From Candidatus Hodarchaeota archaeon (GTDB lineage Archaea; Asgardarchaeota; Heimdallarchaeia; Hodarchaeales; Hodarchaeaceae): 36,617 nt of DNA. The position numbers and the translations under genes were made by a program. The notes beneath the pieces were generated by a model. The model was not told the DNA's origin. It made no database searches and saw only the letters and a program-made list of their open reading frames with translations. The DNA is taken from positions 1-36,617 of the forward strand of contig JAEOTQ010000089.1 of NCBI GenBank assembly GCA_016839785.1, written 5' to 3'. Positions 27,912-36,617 of the stretch are shown piece by piece (the first letter of the stretch is position 1; each line of letters opens with the position of its first letter).

Positions 27912-28424
27912 TCAAGATTCTTCATCAAAAAAGTTTTGCTCTGCCCACCATGCAGCTCCATCCTCTTGCCACATGGGCCAATCCTTTAACCAAGGACCAA
28001 TATGACAATCCCTGATCCTATCAGAAATAGGAAAGTAAGCTTTAAGATCCAAAACTGGTGTTTTATCCATTGCATCTAGGTCTTCTACCTGAACTACTCC
28101 AGTTTTAATCTCGACCGATAAGATTTTCGTTACAGTAATTCCAATGGGATTCGGGCGATATTCGGCTCGTGTAGCAAACACACCAGTTTCTGGAGGGTCT
28201 TCACCATACGGAGGAACTATGCTCCACGAAGAAAGATTCCTCATCTCTTCAGTGTCATTTTTATGTGCCCACCAAATGACAAAGACATGACTGAATTTAT
28301 CTAATTCTTTTAAGCCCTCACGAAACGGTTCTTCAATGTTTACGAAGTAGTCAGCGCTAAATGGATCTTCCCCTTCAACATGGATGTAGCCAATTGGTCT
28401 TAGTTTAAAATTCTTTTTCAACAT
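27912..28424 (-). CDS. trmO: TrmO/TsaA (YaeB)-family SAM-dependent methyltransferase
   Basis: L.PIGY, GL..L..FSH..V.WW.H, GVFATR...RPNPIG.T, LDA.D.TPVLDLK.Y. Confidence 0.88.
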   Translation of the reverse strand: MLKKNFKLRPIGYIHVEGEDPFSADYFVNIEEPFREGLKELDKFSHVFVIWWAHKNDTEEMRNLSSWSIVPPYGEDPPETGVFATRAEYRPNPIGITVTKILSVEIKTGVVQVEDLDAMDKTPVLDLKAYFPISDRIRDCHIGPWLKDWPMWQEDGAAWWAEQNFFDEES

Positions 28425-28562
28425 CAGGTATTCACCAACAAGATTATTTTGTCCACATCTTATATTGATTCCGATTTTGGTAGCACTCTTTCCTACTTTA
28501 ATAGGAAAGTATTAATAATCTCTAAGTATACAGATTGATTGAGAGACTAGGAGCTGAAGTGA

Positions 28563-29099
28563 TTGCTTGAACCTCAAATAATAAAGGATAAGCAGATAAA
28601 GCTGCTAGGATGTGTTTTCTTTGGGAATCCATTCCATGAAGCGAAGGAGTGGAGCTATAAAAATGAAATTGGAAATTTATGGATTCGCTTTATGAAATTA
28701 TCAAAGAAATATGCAAATTTTTTAGAAAAATTGTCATCTAGTTCTACTCTTGGCTATGAGCTGCACTTAGAACCTGCGGATTATCATAAAACTAACCGTT
28801 ACTATGTAATGGTAGGATTAGAAATCAGAGATTCGGAAGAAGTCCCACTAGAATTCTTCACAAAGAGCCTACCTCGAACAGATTATATTGAATTTACAAC
28901 TCAAATGGAGAAAAAAAGAGAGCAGGGGGCTTACGTTTATCAAGAATGGATGCCACAAAAGGGGATTGCACAACGTTACCCCTTTATACTACAGAGATAC
29001 GATCCTAATCGCTATCGGGGATTAGAAGATCCATCCTCCGAAATTGATTGGTTAATACCAATTCAAAGGAATAATCCAAGGAGGGCTAACTTTGAGTAG
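28563..29099 (+). CDS. GyrI-like small-molecule-binding protein
   Basis: IGNLW.RF, Y.VMVG.E......P, Y..F, Y.YQEWMP, .RYD......EIDWLIPI. Confidence 0.85.
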   Translation: MLEPQIIKDKQIKLLGCVFFGNPFHEAKEWSYKNEIGNLWIRFMKLSKKYANFLEKLSSSSTLGYELHLEPADYHKTNRYYVMVGLEIRDSEEVPLEFFTKSLPRTDYIEFTTQMEKKREQGAYVYQEWMPQKGIAQRYPFILQRYDPNRYRGLEDPSSEIDWLIPIQRNNPRRANFE

Positions 29100-29493
29100 A
29101 ATTCCAATTGCTGACCTACTTTCAAACTATGAAAATCAATTTGAAGAAATAAAATCAGTCTTAGGAGCTTTATCACATGATAAACGACTTCAGATAATGC
29201 TAAGTCTTCTTACAGGGGAAAAATCCTTTCGTGAATTGAAGAAAGAAATAAAACTTGAAAAAACTGCTCTGGCAAGTCATTTGACTCAAATGATATCAGT
29301 TCAGTTGATTTTAAAACCTGCATATAATACTTATAGTCTTCACGCGGACGGTGAACGATTTTTGAGAGTTATTGAACAAGCTTTTCGACAATCCGACTTA
29401 AGAATAAAAAAAGATAAGGAAAAAATGGAAACTAGGCAGTTTTCCGAAAAGTTTGCAGGACAGTTTTTCGGATACGATGAATCCTCTCAATAA
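29092..29493 (+). CDS. ArsR-family wHTH regulator
   Basis: ALSHDKRLQIM..L..GEKSF.EL.......LASHL; overlaps the GyrI-like gene by 8 bp. Confidence 0.85.
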   Translation: MSRIPIADLLSNYENQFEEIKSVLGALSHDKRLQIMLSLLTGEKSFRELKKEIKLEKTALASHLTQMISVQLILKPAYNTYSLHADGERFLRVIEQAFRQSDLRIKKDKEKMETRQFSEKFAGQFFGYDESSQ

Positions 29494-29506
29494 CATTCGA
29501 GTACTT

Positions 29507-31564
29507 TTACCACTTGTGATTGTATCTAGCCCTATATTTTCTGATTTGATCGCTTCCCTCATCGGTTATAAGATATCTTTCTCGACTATGTGCGATTAAT
29601 TTCTTATGTTCAAGTGTCACAAGAGCTTGTTTGATGTCATCTTCATTGTGACGAAATTTTACCATATAGGGTTCACCCTGACTTTCTTTAATAATAATAG
29701 GTTGGAAATCATATAAGAATTTCTTTGCTATCACATCAAAAGTGCGAAGGTCTTGGTAAATCTGGTATAATACCCATTTTTCGAGCATTCGGTACTGGAA
29801 TCGATTGTAGCTTTTCCATATTCCAAGTTGGTACTTGCCAAAATCGATGTTCTCACCCTGGTTATAACTTCGTAAATCGGAGAAGATTTCCCACGCTCCT
29901 CGTAATACTAAAATCCCTATAAAACAGCCTACAATCCCATCTACAAGGTATATTTGCAGTTCACTAGCAGCAATTGCTAATAATACTAGTAATGCGTTTA
30001 GAACATGATTTCTACTATCTTCTGATTGGGCTAAGATGGTTAAACTTCGATTGATATATCCGCTGTATTTCTGATAAATATACAAAGAGAAACACACAAT
30101 TATTGAGATGATAGCAACAAGAACGCCAAAATCCCCTTCATTAATCGGGGTAGGATTAATAAGCCTTGTTACACTGGAGATGAGGATCCCCAATCCTGAG
30201 AATGCCATAAGAATAATCAAGAGATAAGTTGCCTCGGTTTCTCTTTTAATACTCATGGCAATCGTCACAACAATGGAAGATATCCCATCAATTGCGGAAT
30301 CAACTCCATCTCCTAATAATCCAACACTCCCCGTAAGCACGAATCCAATTAATTTTAAACTGCCTAGGATAAGATGAATAACTAGTGAAAGGAGAGGAGA
30401 AATTGCTGGTTGGGTTAAAGCTTTTATAGATGAAAAGAATCTAATCATTCCTCGTGCTTCTTTATCTGCTTTTGCGATAGCTTTCTCTGTCAAGTAGTAG
30501 AGATTTTTTTGTTTCCTCGCCAATCCCTCCATTTGGAGGAAACTGACCCCATGGTAATTAATCCATAGATGTGTTGAATCTGGATTTTCACGGAAGAACA
30601 TTGGTGCTCCAAATAACATAGCAAGTCTACTATCTAAATTCAATATTTCTTCATAAGTCTGAGGCTGACCATTTAGGAGAATTAGGATATGATGAATGAA
30701 ATGTCCAAGATTACTTCGACGTGCTTCAGATAATATGTTAATCCCATAAACTATTACGATAACTCCTGAAACATAAATTAGATTTACGTTCATGCTAATA
30801 ATACTAATGACGATAAACAAAGGAGAAAATATAGTGTTTCGATGATTAAGTGCAAGTACTCTTACATCTAAATTTTCATTTAGATAGCCTGAACTATATA
30901 TCGCAAGAAATGACAATAAAGCACTTATTATGTTTATAATTATTATAACTCCTATACTCGAAACATAGAGAGATGTAATTCCTTTATTTAATATAGTTAG
31001 ACCAAAAATAATGATCCCCAATCCAACTAAAGATATTGAAATCTGAATAATTTTCATTAATTGTTTCCTGATGGGATTTCTTGAAGCTGTAAGTATCTGA
31101 TAGAAATTTAAACCCATTATTATAAGGTAAATTGCGTTTATAACGAATAATGGGTTTTCAGAGATAGAAAAGCCATAGATATTATTAACAAAAAGAATAG
31201 CTATACTAATAACCGATATTACATAGGCAATTGAAGGTTTAATGAGGTTTTTGACTACATTACTAATTTTTTGATCTCTTTTTTCGGTTCTAACAAGAAT
31301 TTCCTTGCCTTTTGGTGTGAGAAGGTATTTTGTATTTTCAACAAGATCAATATGCTTTCTTTTTCTTTGTTGTTTGAGTCTTCTTTGTAAATACTCTGAT
31401 TTACGTTCTCTTGATCTTTTTTGCCACCAATGAATATTAAATTCAGTATCAACCCTAGCTATAAGGTTTTCAATATCCTGTGGTGTATCATCCACAAGAC
31501 GTAGCAGTAATTTCTCCAAATTATGAGAGCTGAAGATTAAAGATGATTTTACCATTAATCTCAC
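29507..31564 (-). CDS. Cation diffusion facilitator (CDF)-like transporter with duplicated architecture and wHTH-like segments
   Basis: KLIGFVLTGSVGLLGDGVDSAID and SLTILAQSEDSRNH..., DGIVG; an earlier degenerate six-TM block; three 'Y.LT..G/A' wing motifs. Confidence 0.75.
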   Translation of the reverse strand: MRLMVKSSLIFSSHNLEKLLLRLVDDTPQDIENLIARVDTEFNIHWWQKRSRERKSEYLQRRLKQQRKRKHIDLVENTKYLLTPKGKEILVRTEKRDQKISNVVKNLIKPSIAYVISVISIAILFVNNIYGFSISENPLFVINAIYLIIMGLNFYQILTASRNPIRKQLMKIIQISISLVGLGIIIFGLTILNKGITSLYVSSIGVIIIINIISALLSFLAIYSSGYLNENLDVRVLALNHRNTIFSPLFIVISIISMNVNLIYVSGVIVIVYGINILSEARRSNLGHFIHHILILLNGQPQTYEEILNLDSRLAMLFGAPMFFRENPDSTHLWINYHGVSFLQMEGLARKQKNLYYLTEKAIAKADKEARGMIRFFSSIKALTQPAISPLLSLVIHLILGSLKLIGFVLTGSVGLLGDGVDSAIDGISSIVVTIAMSIKRETEATYLLIILMAFSGLGILISSVTRLINPTPINEGDFGVLVAIISIIVCFSLYIYQKYSGYINRSLTILAQSEDSRNHVLNALLVLLAIAASELQIYLVDGIVGCFIGILVLRGAWEIFSDLRSYNQGENIDFGKYQLGIWKSYNRFQYRMLEKWVLYQIYQDLRTFDVIAKKFLYDFQPIIIKESQGEPYMVKFRHNEDDIKQALVTLEHKKLIAHSRERYLITDEGSDQIRKYRARYNHKW

Positions 31565-31571
31565 CTTAGTA

Positions 31572-31775
31572 TTAGCAGAAATTGGATTGTTCTAGCTTTA
31601 AGTGATTTTTCGTTAGATAAAGTAATTTTAAAGTTGTATTATTGAATGTATGGGATTTGGTAATATTTTCTAGCTTATAAATGACTTTATTTAGGAAATT
31701 AATGAGGCTTGTAACTTGTTCATCTGAGAATTTGGAAATTCTGATCTCAGGATTTATGTTCACGCGTGCAAACAT
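31572..31775 (-). pseudogene. Possible C-terminal remnant of a MarR-type regulator
   Basis: SKFSDEQVTSLINFLNKVIYKL resembles the MarR terminal helix; no HTH present. Confidence 0.3.
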
Positions 31776-31828
31776 TTAAAGAAAATCATAAATAGTGACT
31801 TAAATTGTTGTATCATTAGGTGATTTAA

Positions 31829-32389
31829 ATGAAATTTTTCCCTGAGTTAAAATTGGCACTTGGTGATGGTTGGATATTCTTAATTCTTTTTTTTATCCTT
31901 CAGTTTATTAATTTAAAATTTAATTCAAAACAAATGAGAGAGAAACTCTTTGATAGGTCTAATTTTAACCGTAAACAATGGATTTTAACATTTATTGGGA
32001 AGATATTCGGAATTCCTGCAATGATTTTAATATTCTTTACTCCTATAGCTTTTCAGAACATCGAATTCCTACTTGGTATTGGTATATACTTCATTGGAAT
32101 GGTTGGATTAAGAATTTCTGTATTAAATTTTACTTCCACTCCTCTGGATCAACCTGTGACGAAAGGCCTGTATAAATATTCAAGAAATCCCCAAGAAACC
32201 ATGCTTATAGTTATTTTCATCGGAATGGCATTAATTGTAGGATCGGGAGTAGTTTTACTCCTGATAATCGTTTCAAAAACGTTTAGTCATTACAATTTGA
32301 TAGCTCAGGAGGAAGCATGTATTAAACAATACGGGGAAAGCTATCAAGACTATTTGAAGCAAGTACCGAGGTATTTTCTTTTTTTTTAA
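31829..32389 (+). CDS. ICMT/PEMT-family membrane methyltransferase
   Basis: VTKGLYKYSRNPQ, EE..C...YGE.Y..Y...VPRY; AGGTGA RBS. Confidence 0.88.
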   Translation: MKFFPELKLALGDGWIFLILFFILQFINLKFNSKQMREKLFDRSNFNRKQWILTFIGKIFGIPAMILIFFTPIAFQNIEFLLGIGIYFIGMVGLRISVLNFTSTPLDQPVTKGLYKYSRNPQETMLIVIFIGMALIVGSGVVLLLIIVSKTFSHYNLIAQEEACIKQYGESYQDYLKQVPRYFLFF

Positions 32390-33405
32390 TGGATATTATT
32401 GAACCGTTTCAATATCCTACATATTGCCAAGCAAATCCAGAGCTGTATCTCTCGAGCTTTTGTATTATACTTTACTTGGTGTTTTTTAGAGTAAGATAGC
32501 TCCCAGAGACCATTCTCTTGCTGATTACTCATTAGCCAATCTAATGCATTTCTGATATCCTTATCATCAGAAGGAATACCAATTAAGGAGATAGAGTCCA
32601 ATGCTGACACCAAATGGTTCCACCAAAAAGGAAACTGAAATCGGACCCAATACCCCGCATCTTGGTATGAAGTATAATGTGGATCTTTTTGAAAGAACTT
32701 AGATTTTAACAATTCTGCAGCATGTTTAGCTGCATCTGATTTCCGATAATCAGGATGGGCAGCAAAAGCTCGAATGATCATACCTGTCCAATTGTGAGAG
32801 GAAGGACTGGAAAAATTTTGGTAGGGAATAGTTTCTACATTTTGAGATGTTAACCGTGTTACTTCCTTCCATGAAAAATCTACTGCCATTAATGCCCCAG
32901 CTAACCATCCCCCATCTGTTTGGCGGACTGATAATAGCCATTGAAATCCTTTTTCAATACGAGGATCGGCAACATATCCACCTTTTATGAGGAGTGACAT
33001 TAACGCTCCTGTATAGTATGCAGCATATTGATTACCTAATATCCCCCGTATGTCCCCTTCTTGAGTTTGACAGGAAAATATGAACTCTGCTGCTTTTTGA
33101 ATAGAGGTGTCAGTGTTATTCATTTCATATTGATCAATCAAGTATCGAAATTGCTTCCATGTCTCAGTTAGGTCATAATTAATTGCTGGAAATTTGGTAC
33201 GATTTTTTGATGTCGATTTCCAAGACCCATTTGCCTGCTGTTTTTTTAAAATCTTTTGAACTGTGGGTAGCTGCCAAATACTGTGAATATCAGGAACTTC
33301 CTCCTCTAATAAATCTCGTCGAGTAAAATATTCTATAGCAGGAGTATTAGAATTCAATAGTGACGGTATAGGATCAAACTTGAGCGTTTTTCTCCATATA
33401 TTCAT
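32386..33405 (-). CDS. Prenyltransferase/squalene-cyclase repeat (alpha/alpha toroid) protein
   Basis: QW-type repeats QQANGSW, QTQEGD, RQTDGGW, QQENGLW. Confidence 0.8.
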   Translation of the reverse strand: MNIWRKTLKFDPIPSLLNSNTPAIEYFTRRDLLEEEVPDIHSIWQLPTVQKILKKQQANGSWKSTSKNRTKFPAINYDLTETWKQFRYLIDQYEMNNTDTSIQKAAEFIFSCQTQEGDIRGILGNQYAAYYTGALMSLLIKGGYVADPRIEKGFQWLLSVRQTDGGWLAGALMAVDFSWKEVTRLTSQNVETIPYQNFSSPSSHNWTGMIIRAFAAHPDYRKSDAAKHAAELLKSKFFQKDPHYTSYQDAGYWVRFQFPFWWNHLVSALDSISLIGIPSDDKDIRNALDWLMSNQQENGLWELSYSKKHQVKYNTKAREIQLWICLAICRILKRFNNIH

Positions 33406-33516
33406 GTTCTATTTATTATCCAAAGTTGAAAAAATACTCTCCTAAGGAACTATTGTGAGTACGCTAACCTGACACATAGACAAGTGAAGAATAGATTATA
33501 CTAAAGACCACCTTAT

Positions 33517-34365
33517 CTATTCGTTTTTAAAATGTTCTATCATTAATTGATTAAATCGGTCAGGTTCATCTTGATGAACCCAATGCGATGCATCCTCGAA
33601 CGTGATTAATTTACCGTCCTCACAGACTTCCACACTGAGCTGAGCCATTTCGTAACTTAAGTAATGATCCCGTTTTCCCCAAAGGATAAGGGTAGGAATA
33701 TGTATCTTAGGTGTATGATCAGATCGTGCAGATGATCTCAAACTCATTGCCCTATACCAGTTAATCATGCTGGTCATAGCATTTTCTTGAGCCCAAGCAT
33801 CACGATATTGGTTCCGTTCTTCCTCTGATAACCCTTTAGCCATTGCAGACATTAACATCTTCCAATTTTTTCTACGTGCATACCATTCAGGAAATTTGGG
33901 AATTTTAAAGAAAAAGGCATACCAACTTTTCCGCATTTGTGCAAAGTTCTTCCGAATAAATTGTTGCATCACAATGGGATGTGGAACATTAGCAATTACA
34001 AGTTTTTTTAGGCGTTCTGGCGATGACATGGTAATCATCCAGCTTACCATGGCACCAAAGTCATGTCCAGCTAGGTGGAATTGATCCAAACCTAGAGAAT
34101 CAGCTAAACCTAGAATGTCTTGACTTAAAATATTCAAATGATACTTTGTTTTTCCCTTTGGTTTATCACTTAAATTATAACCCCGTTGATCTGGAACTAT
34201 GACATGAAACCCCTCTGAGACCAAAGCGTGAATTTGAGATTGCCATCCAAACCAGGCGTCTGGAAAGCCATGTAAGAGAATGACGGGTGTTCCATTTTTC
34301 GGTCCAGCAATTGCTGTATGCAACTTAATCCCATTCGTTGGTACATAATCAAAAGTAATTTTCAT
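33517..34365 (-). CDS. Alpha/beta hydrolase, epoxide-hydrolase type
   Basis: LLHGFP, PDQRGY, GHDFG nucleophile elbow, NWYR, ASHWV. Confidence 0.93.
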   Translation of the reverse strand: MKITFDYVPTNGIKLHTAIAGPKNGTPVILLHGFPDAWFGWQSQIHALVSEGFHVIVPDQRGYNLSDKPKGKTKYHLNILSQDILGLADSLGLDQFHLAGHDFGAMVSWMITMSSPERLKKLVIANVPHPIVMQQFIRKNFAQMRKSWYAFFFKIPKFPEWYARRKNWKMLMSAMAKGLSEEERNQYRDAWAQENAMTSMINWYRAMSLRSSARSDHTPKIHIPTLILWGKRDHYLSYEMAQLSVEVCEDGKLITFEDASHWVHQDEPDRFNQLMIEHFKNE

Positions 34366-34528
34366 AAAATATTCACATCAAGTCAGAAATCTGATCTAGG
34401 TCAATAAATTTTGTTTTCTCTATTTCTGTATTCCAATATATGGAATTTATTAGTCAAGTTAATGTTTTTATCTATGAAATCCAGAGAAGAGCTACTATGT
34501 TAAATGGTCTAGATCATTATATTGCTTG

Positions 34529-35185
34529 CTATGGACGAGTAAATTGAATATCTAATCGAATAGAAGTGTAAATACTATTCAGATTTAGGAAAATTTCATT
34601 CAAATGGTTCTTGATAATTTTCTCATCTATAGCATAGGGACACCAGGCAAAGTAAAGGGCATTCTTAGTTGTTGGTGATATAGAAGTTCTTCTTGCAGGC
34701 CCATATAGAATACTTGATAAAATGCCTTCTTCATCCTTGAGAATAATGTCATTTTTCTTCAATTTTTGTTCTTTTCCATTTATCTTCAGATACATCTCCC
34801 CCCCACTTGATATGTCGAATGTTAAGTCTCCTTTGAATTCATCAAGATTATGGCCTGAAGTCAAAATCCTACTTTTAAGTTCTGCAAGAAACATACAATC
34901 TACTAATACTGATACTTGCGGAAACTGTCCGCCACTTTTCACTGTGTTTATCTGGTACTCTATGGGGTAGGTTTTATTCCACAATTTAAAATATGTATTA
35001 TAATATTGGATTATTGTATCCTTATCAACTTCTACGAAATTTTCTCGGATTTTCCTCTCCAAATTCCGCTTTCGTTCTTCTAATGCTTTATTCCCTTTTT
35101 CATTTGGCACATTTCTTATGATTATGTTTCCAAAGCTAGAATCAGGATATTTTTCTTTCAATCCTTCCGTGAGATTAATCTGCAT
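34529..35185 (-). CDS. B3/B4 domain protein (PheRS-beta editing-like)
   Basis: I..Y..YF......YP.E, P.VS.LVD, GHNLD...G.L, DIIL.D..G. Confidence 0.8.
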   Translation of the reverse strand: MQINLTEGLKEKYPDSSFGNIIIRNVPNEKGNKALEERKRNLERKIRENFVEVDKDTIIQYYNTYFKLWNKTYPIEYQINTVKSGGQFPQVSVLVDCMFLAELKSRILTSGHNLDEFKGDLTFDISSGGEMYLKINGKEQKLKKNDIILKDEEGILSSILYGPARRTSISPTTKNALYFAWCPYAIDEKIIKNHLNEIFLNLNSIYTSIRLDIQFTRP

Positions 35186-35210
35186 TATCCTAAACCAACC
35201 GATTACTTAT

Positions 35211-36119
35211 CTAGAACCTTTTTTTAAGAAAGTATTCTTTTATCGAATCAGGATAGCCATCTGAAACCCCAAAGACTTCATATCCATGATGTCGAAAAAA
35301 CACTGGAGATTGATATGATAATACATTAATTAGTCCTGAAATACAACCATGCTCCACAGCAATTGCTTCTGCAGTTTCTAAGAGTTCTTTTCCATGGCCT
35401 TGATTCCGGTGATTTTCATCAATCCAAAGAAGTACAAGATGCACAGCTTTAAGAGTTGTATATGCCATTAATCCCCCGATTATATGATCATCGTTGTTCT
35501 TTAGGACTAATTCAATTTTAATTCCCGGGTTCTTACTCCGAATTTCACCAACATGCGTTTTGACATATTTACGTAGTCCATCGTTCAGAATTTTCATTGA
35601 TGCTTCAGAAGCATCTTCTGAAATGCTAAATCCCACCTCCATCTCAATATCTACATGGGAAATCAGGTGATCCGTTCTGAAGTTTTTCAATAGTATATAT
35701 TCAGTGATACCTTCGGTATAGCCATCAAAAATGCCAACAACTTTGTACCCAATCCTTTGATAAAAGTTAGGAGCTTGAAATGAAAAAGTCCAAGTCTGAG
35801 AGGCGGGATACCCCTTTGCTCTGCCAATTTTTTCAGCCTGCAATATCAGAGCTTTTCCTAGACCACGATCTCGATAATCTTCCTCAATCCAAAGGACTTC
35901 AAGGTGCATTATCCCTGTTAGCATACTTGTGATTACCCCTCCAATAATATTTCCGTGAGGATCTCTCAAAACCAAACTGATATCAGGAGTTGGAATATCT
36001 AGCTCACCACTTGGAAATTTCTTGTTATGATCTTCTAGACCCTTCTCAACTATCTTCATTTGCTCTTTAGAGGGAGAATTACTAATGATGTATCGATTGA
36101 TACCCTTTATGAAAGTCAT
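35211..36119 (-). CDS. Tandem (double) GNAT acetyltransferase
   Basis: Two repeats of IIGG......LWI.E..R..G.GK.L...AE......SFQAP.FY/SYQSP.FF...GY.V.G; AGGAGA RBS before ATG 36119. Confidence 0.9.
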   Translation of the reverse strand: MTFIKGINRYIISNSPSKEQMKIVEKGLEDHNKKFPSGELDIPTPDISLVLRDPHGNIIGGVITSMLTGIMHLEVLWIEEDYRDRGLGKALILQAEKIGRAKGYPASQTWTFSFQAPNFYQRIGYKVVGIFDGYTEGITEYILLKNFRTDHLISHVDIEMEVGFSISEDASEASMKILNDGLRKYVKTHVGEIRSKNPGIKIELVLKNNDDHIIGGLMAYTTLKAVHLVLLWIDENHRNQGHGKELLETAEAIAVEHGCISGLINVLSYQSPVFFRHHGYEVFGVSDGYPDSIKEYFLKKRF

Positions 36120-36266
36120 TTCACATCTCCTTAATAATAAAACCATTTCTTTGATTATATGTCGACGTTTAAACGAATAACGAGTTTTTATCTGAATGTC
36201 GGAAGTGGCAACAGAGAAAAATCACCTTTCACCTCGATACGATTTAGAATGACTAATGCATTGTCT

Positions 36267-36617
36267 TCATGTGAAATCTTCTGATACTTCAACGATTTCC
36301 TCTAGTTCTGATCTGCTCAAACTGAAGGTTAATGTCCCAGCACTTTCCTGAGCATGGCCAAGTTTAGTGGCTCCAGGAATGGCGATTACTGTCTCACCAC
36401 TATAGGTGATGAGCCAATTCAGGGCTACTTGACCGGGAGTGGCATTATGTGTTTTACCAATCTCTGTTAGGGTTTCAATTAACTGAGTGCTTTTGTTAAG
36501 CCTTCTTTTAGCGCTTCTCCGAAAGAAAAAGAATTTCTTATTGAGTAATGCAGGATTAGAATGATACTTACCAGTCAAAAGACCTTGTCCAAGGGGAGTA
36601 TAGGCTATAATGGTTAC
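36267..36617 (-). CDS. Aldo/keto reductase, 5'-truncated by window end
   Basis: VTIIAYTPLGQGLLTGKY, TPGQVALNWL, AIPGATK; frame open to the window end. Confidence 0.9.
   Translation of the reverse strand, partial: VTIIAYTPLGQGLLTGKYHSNPALLNKKFFFFRRSAKRRLNKSTQLIETLTEIGKTHNATPGQVALNWLITYSGETVIAIPGATKLGHAQESAGTLTFSLSRSELEEIVEVSEDFT

Overview
AT-rich archaeal window, most likely from an Asgard (Heimdallarchaeia/Hodarchaeales-like) genome. That assignment is inferred from a Rag/Gtr1-type GTPase with a C-terminal roadblock/longin-like domain, a longin/uDENN-like protein, and several surface proteins with C-terminal TM + basic tails. About 33 CDS are supported; no rRNA, tRNA, CRISPR array, integrase or transposase was recognised. 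Main points of interest: (1) a Rag GTPase convergent with a folliculin/NPRL2-like longin protein that has arginines in the expected GAP-finger loop; (2) an accessory cassette (~9.7-16.3 kb) with a nuclease-fold/wHTH gene, four 11-bp-phased repeats before a TATA box, a 1256-aa WapA/DNRLRE-like exported protein ending in a metzincin domain and an anchored partner, flanked by structured non-coding regions that share a motif; (3) a coupled B12 radical SAM + PGM1-type ATP-grasp ligase pair; (4) tandem zinc-ribbon/CCC-TM microproteins; (5) several gene remnants absent from the ORF track (larE, SDR, duplicated mini-ORF). All family calls come from reading motifs by eye; no searches were run.
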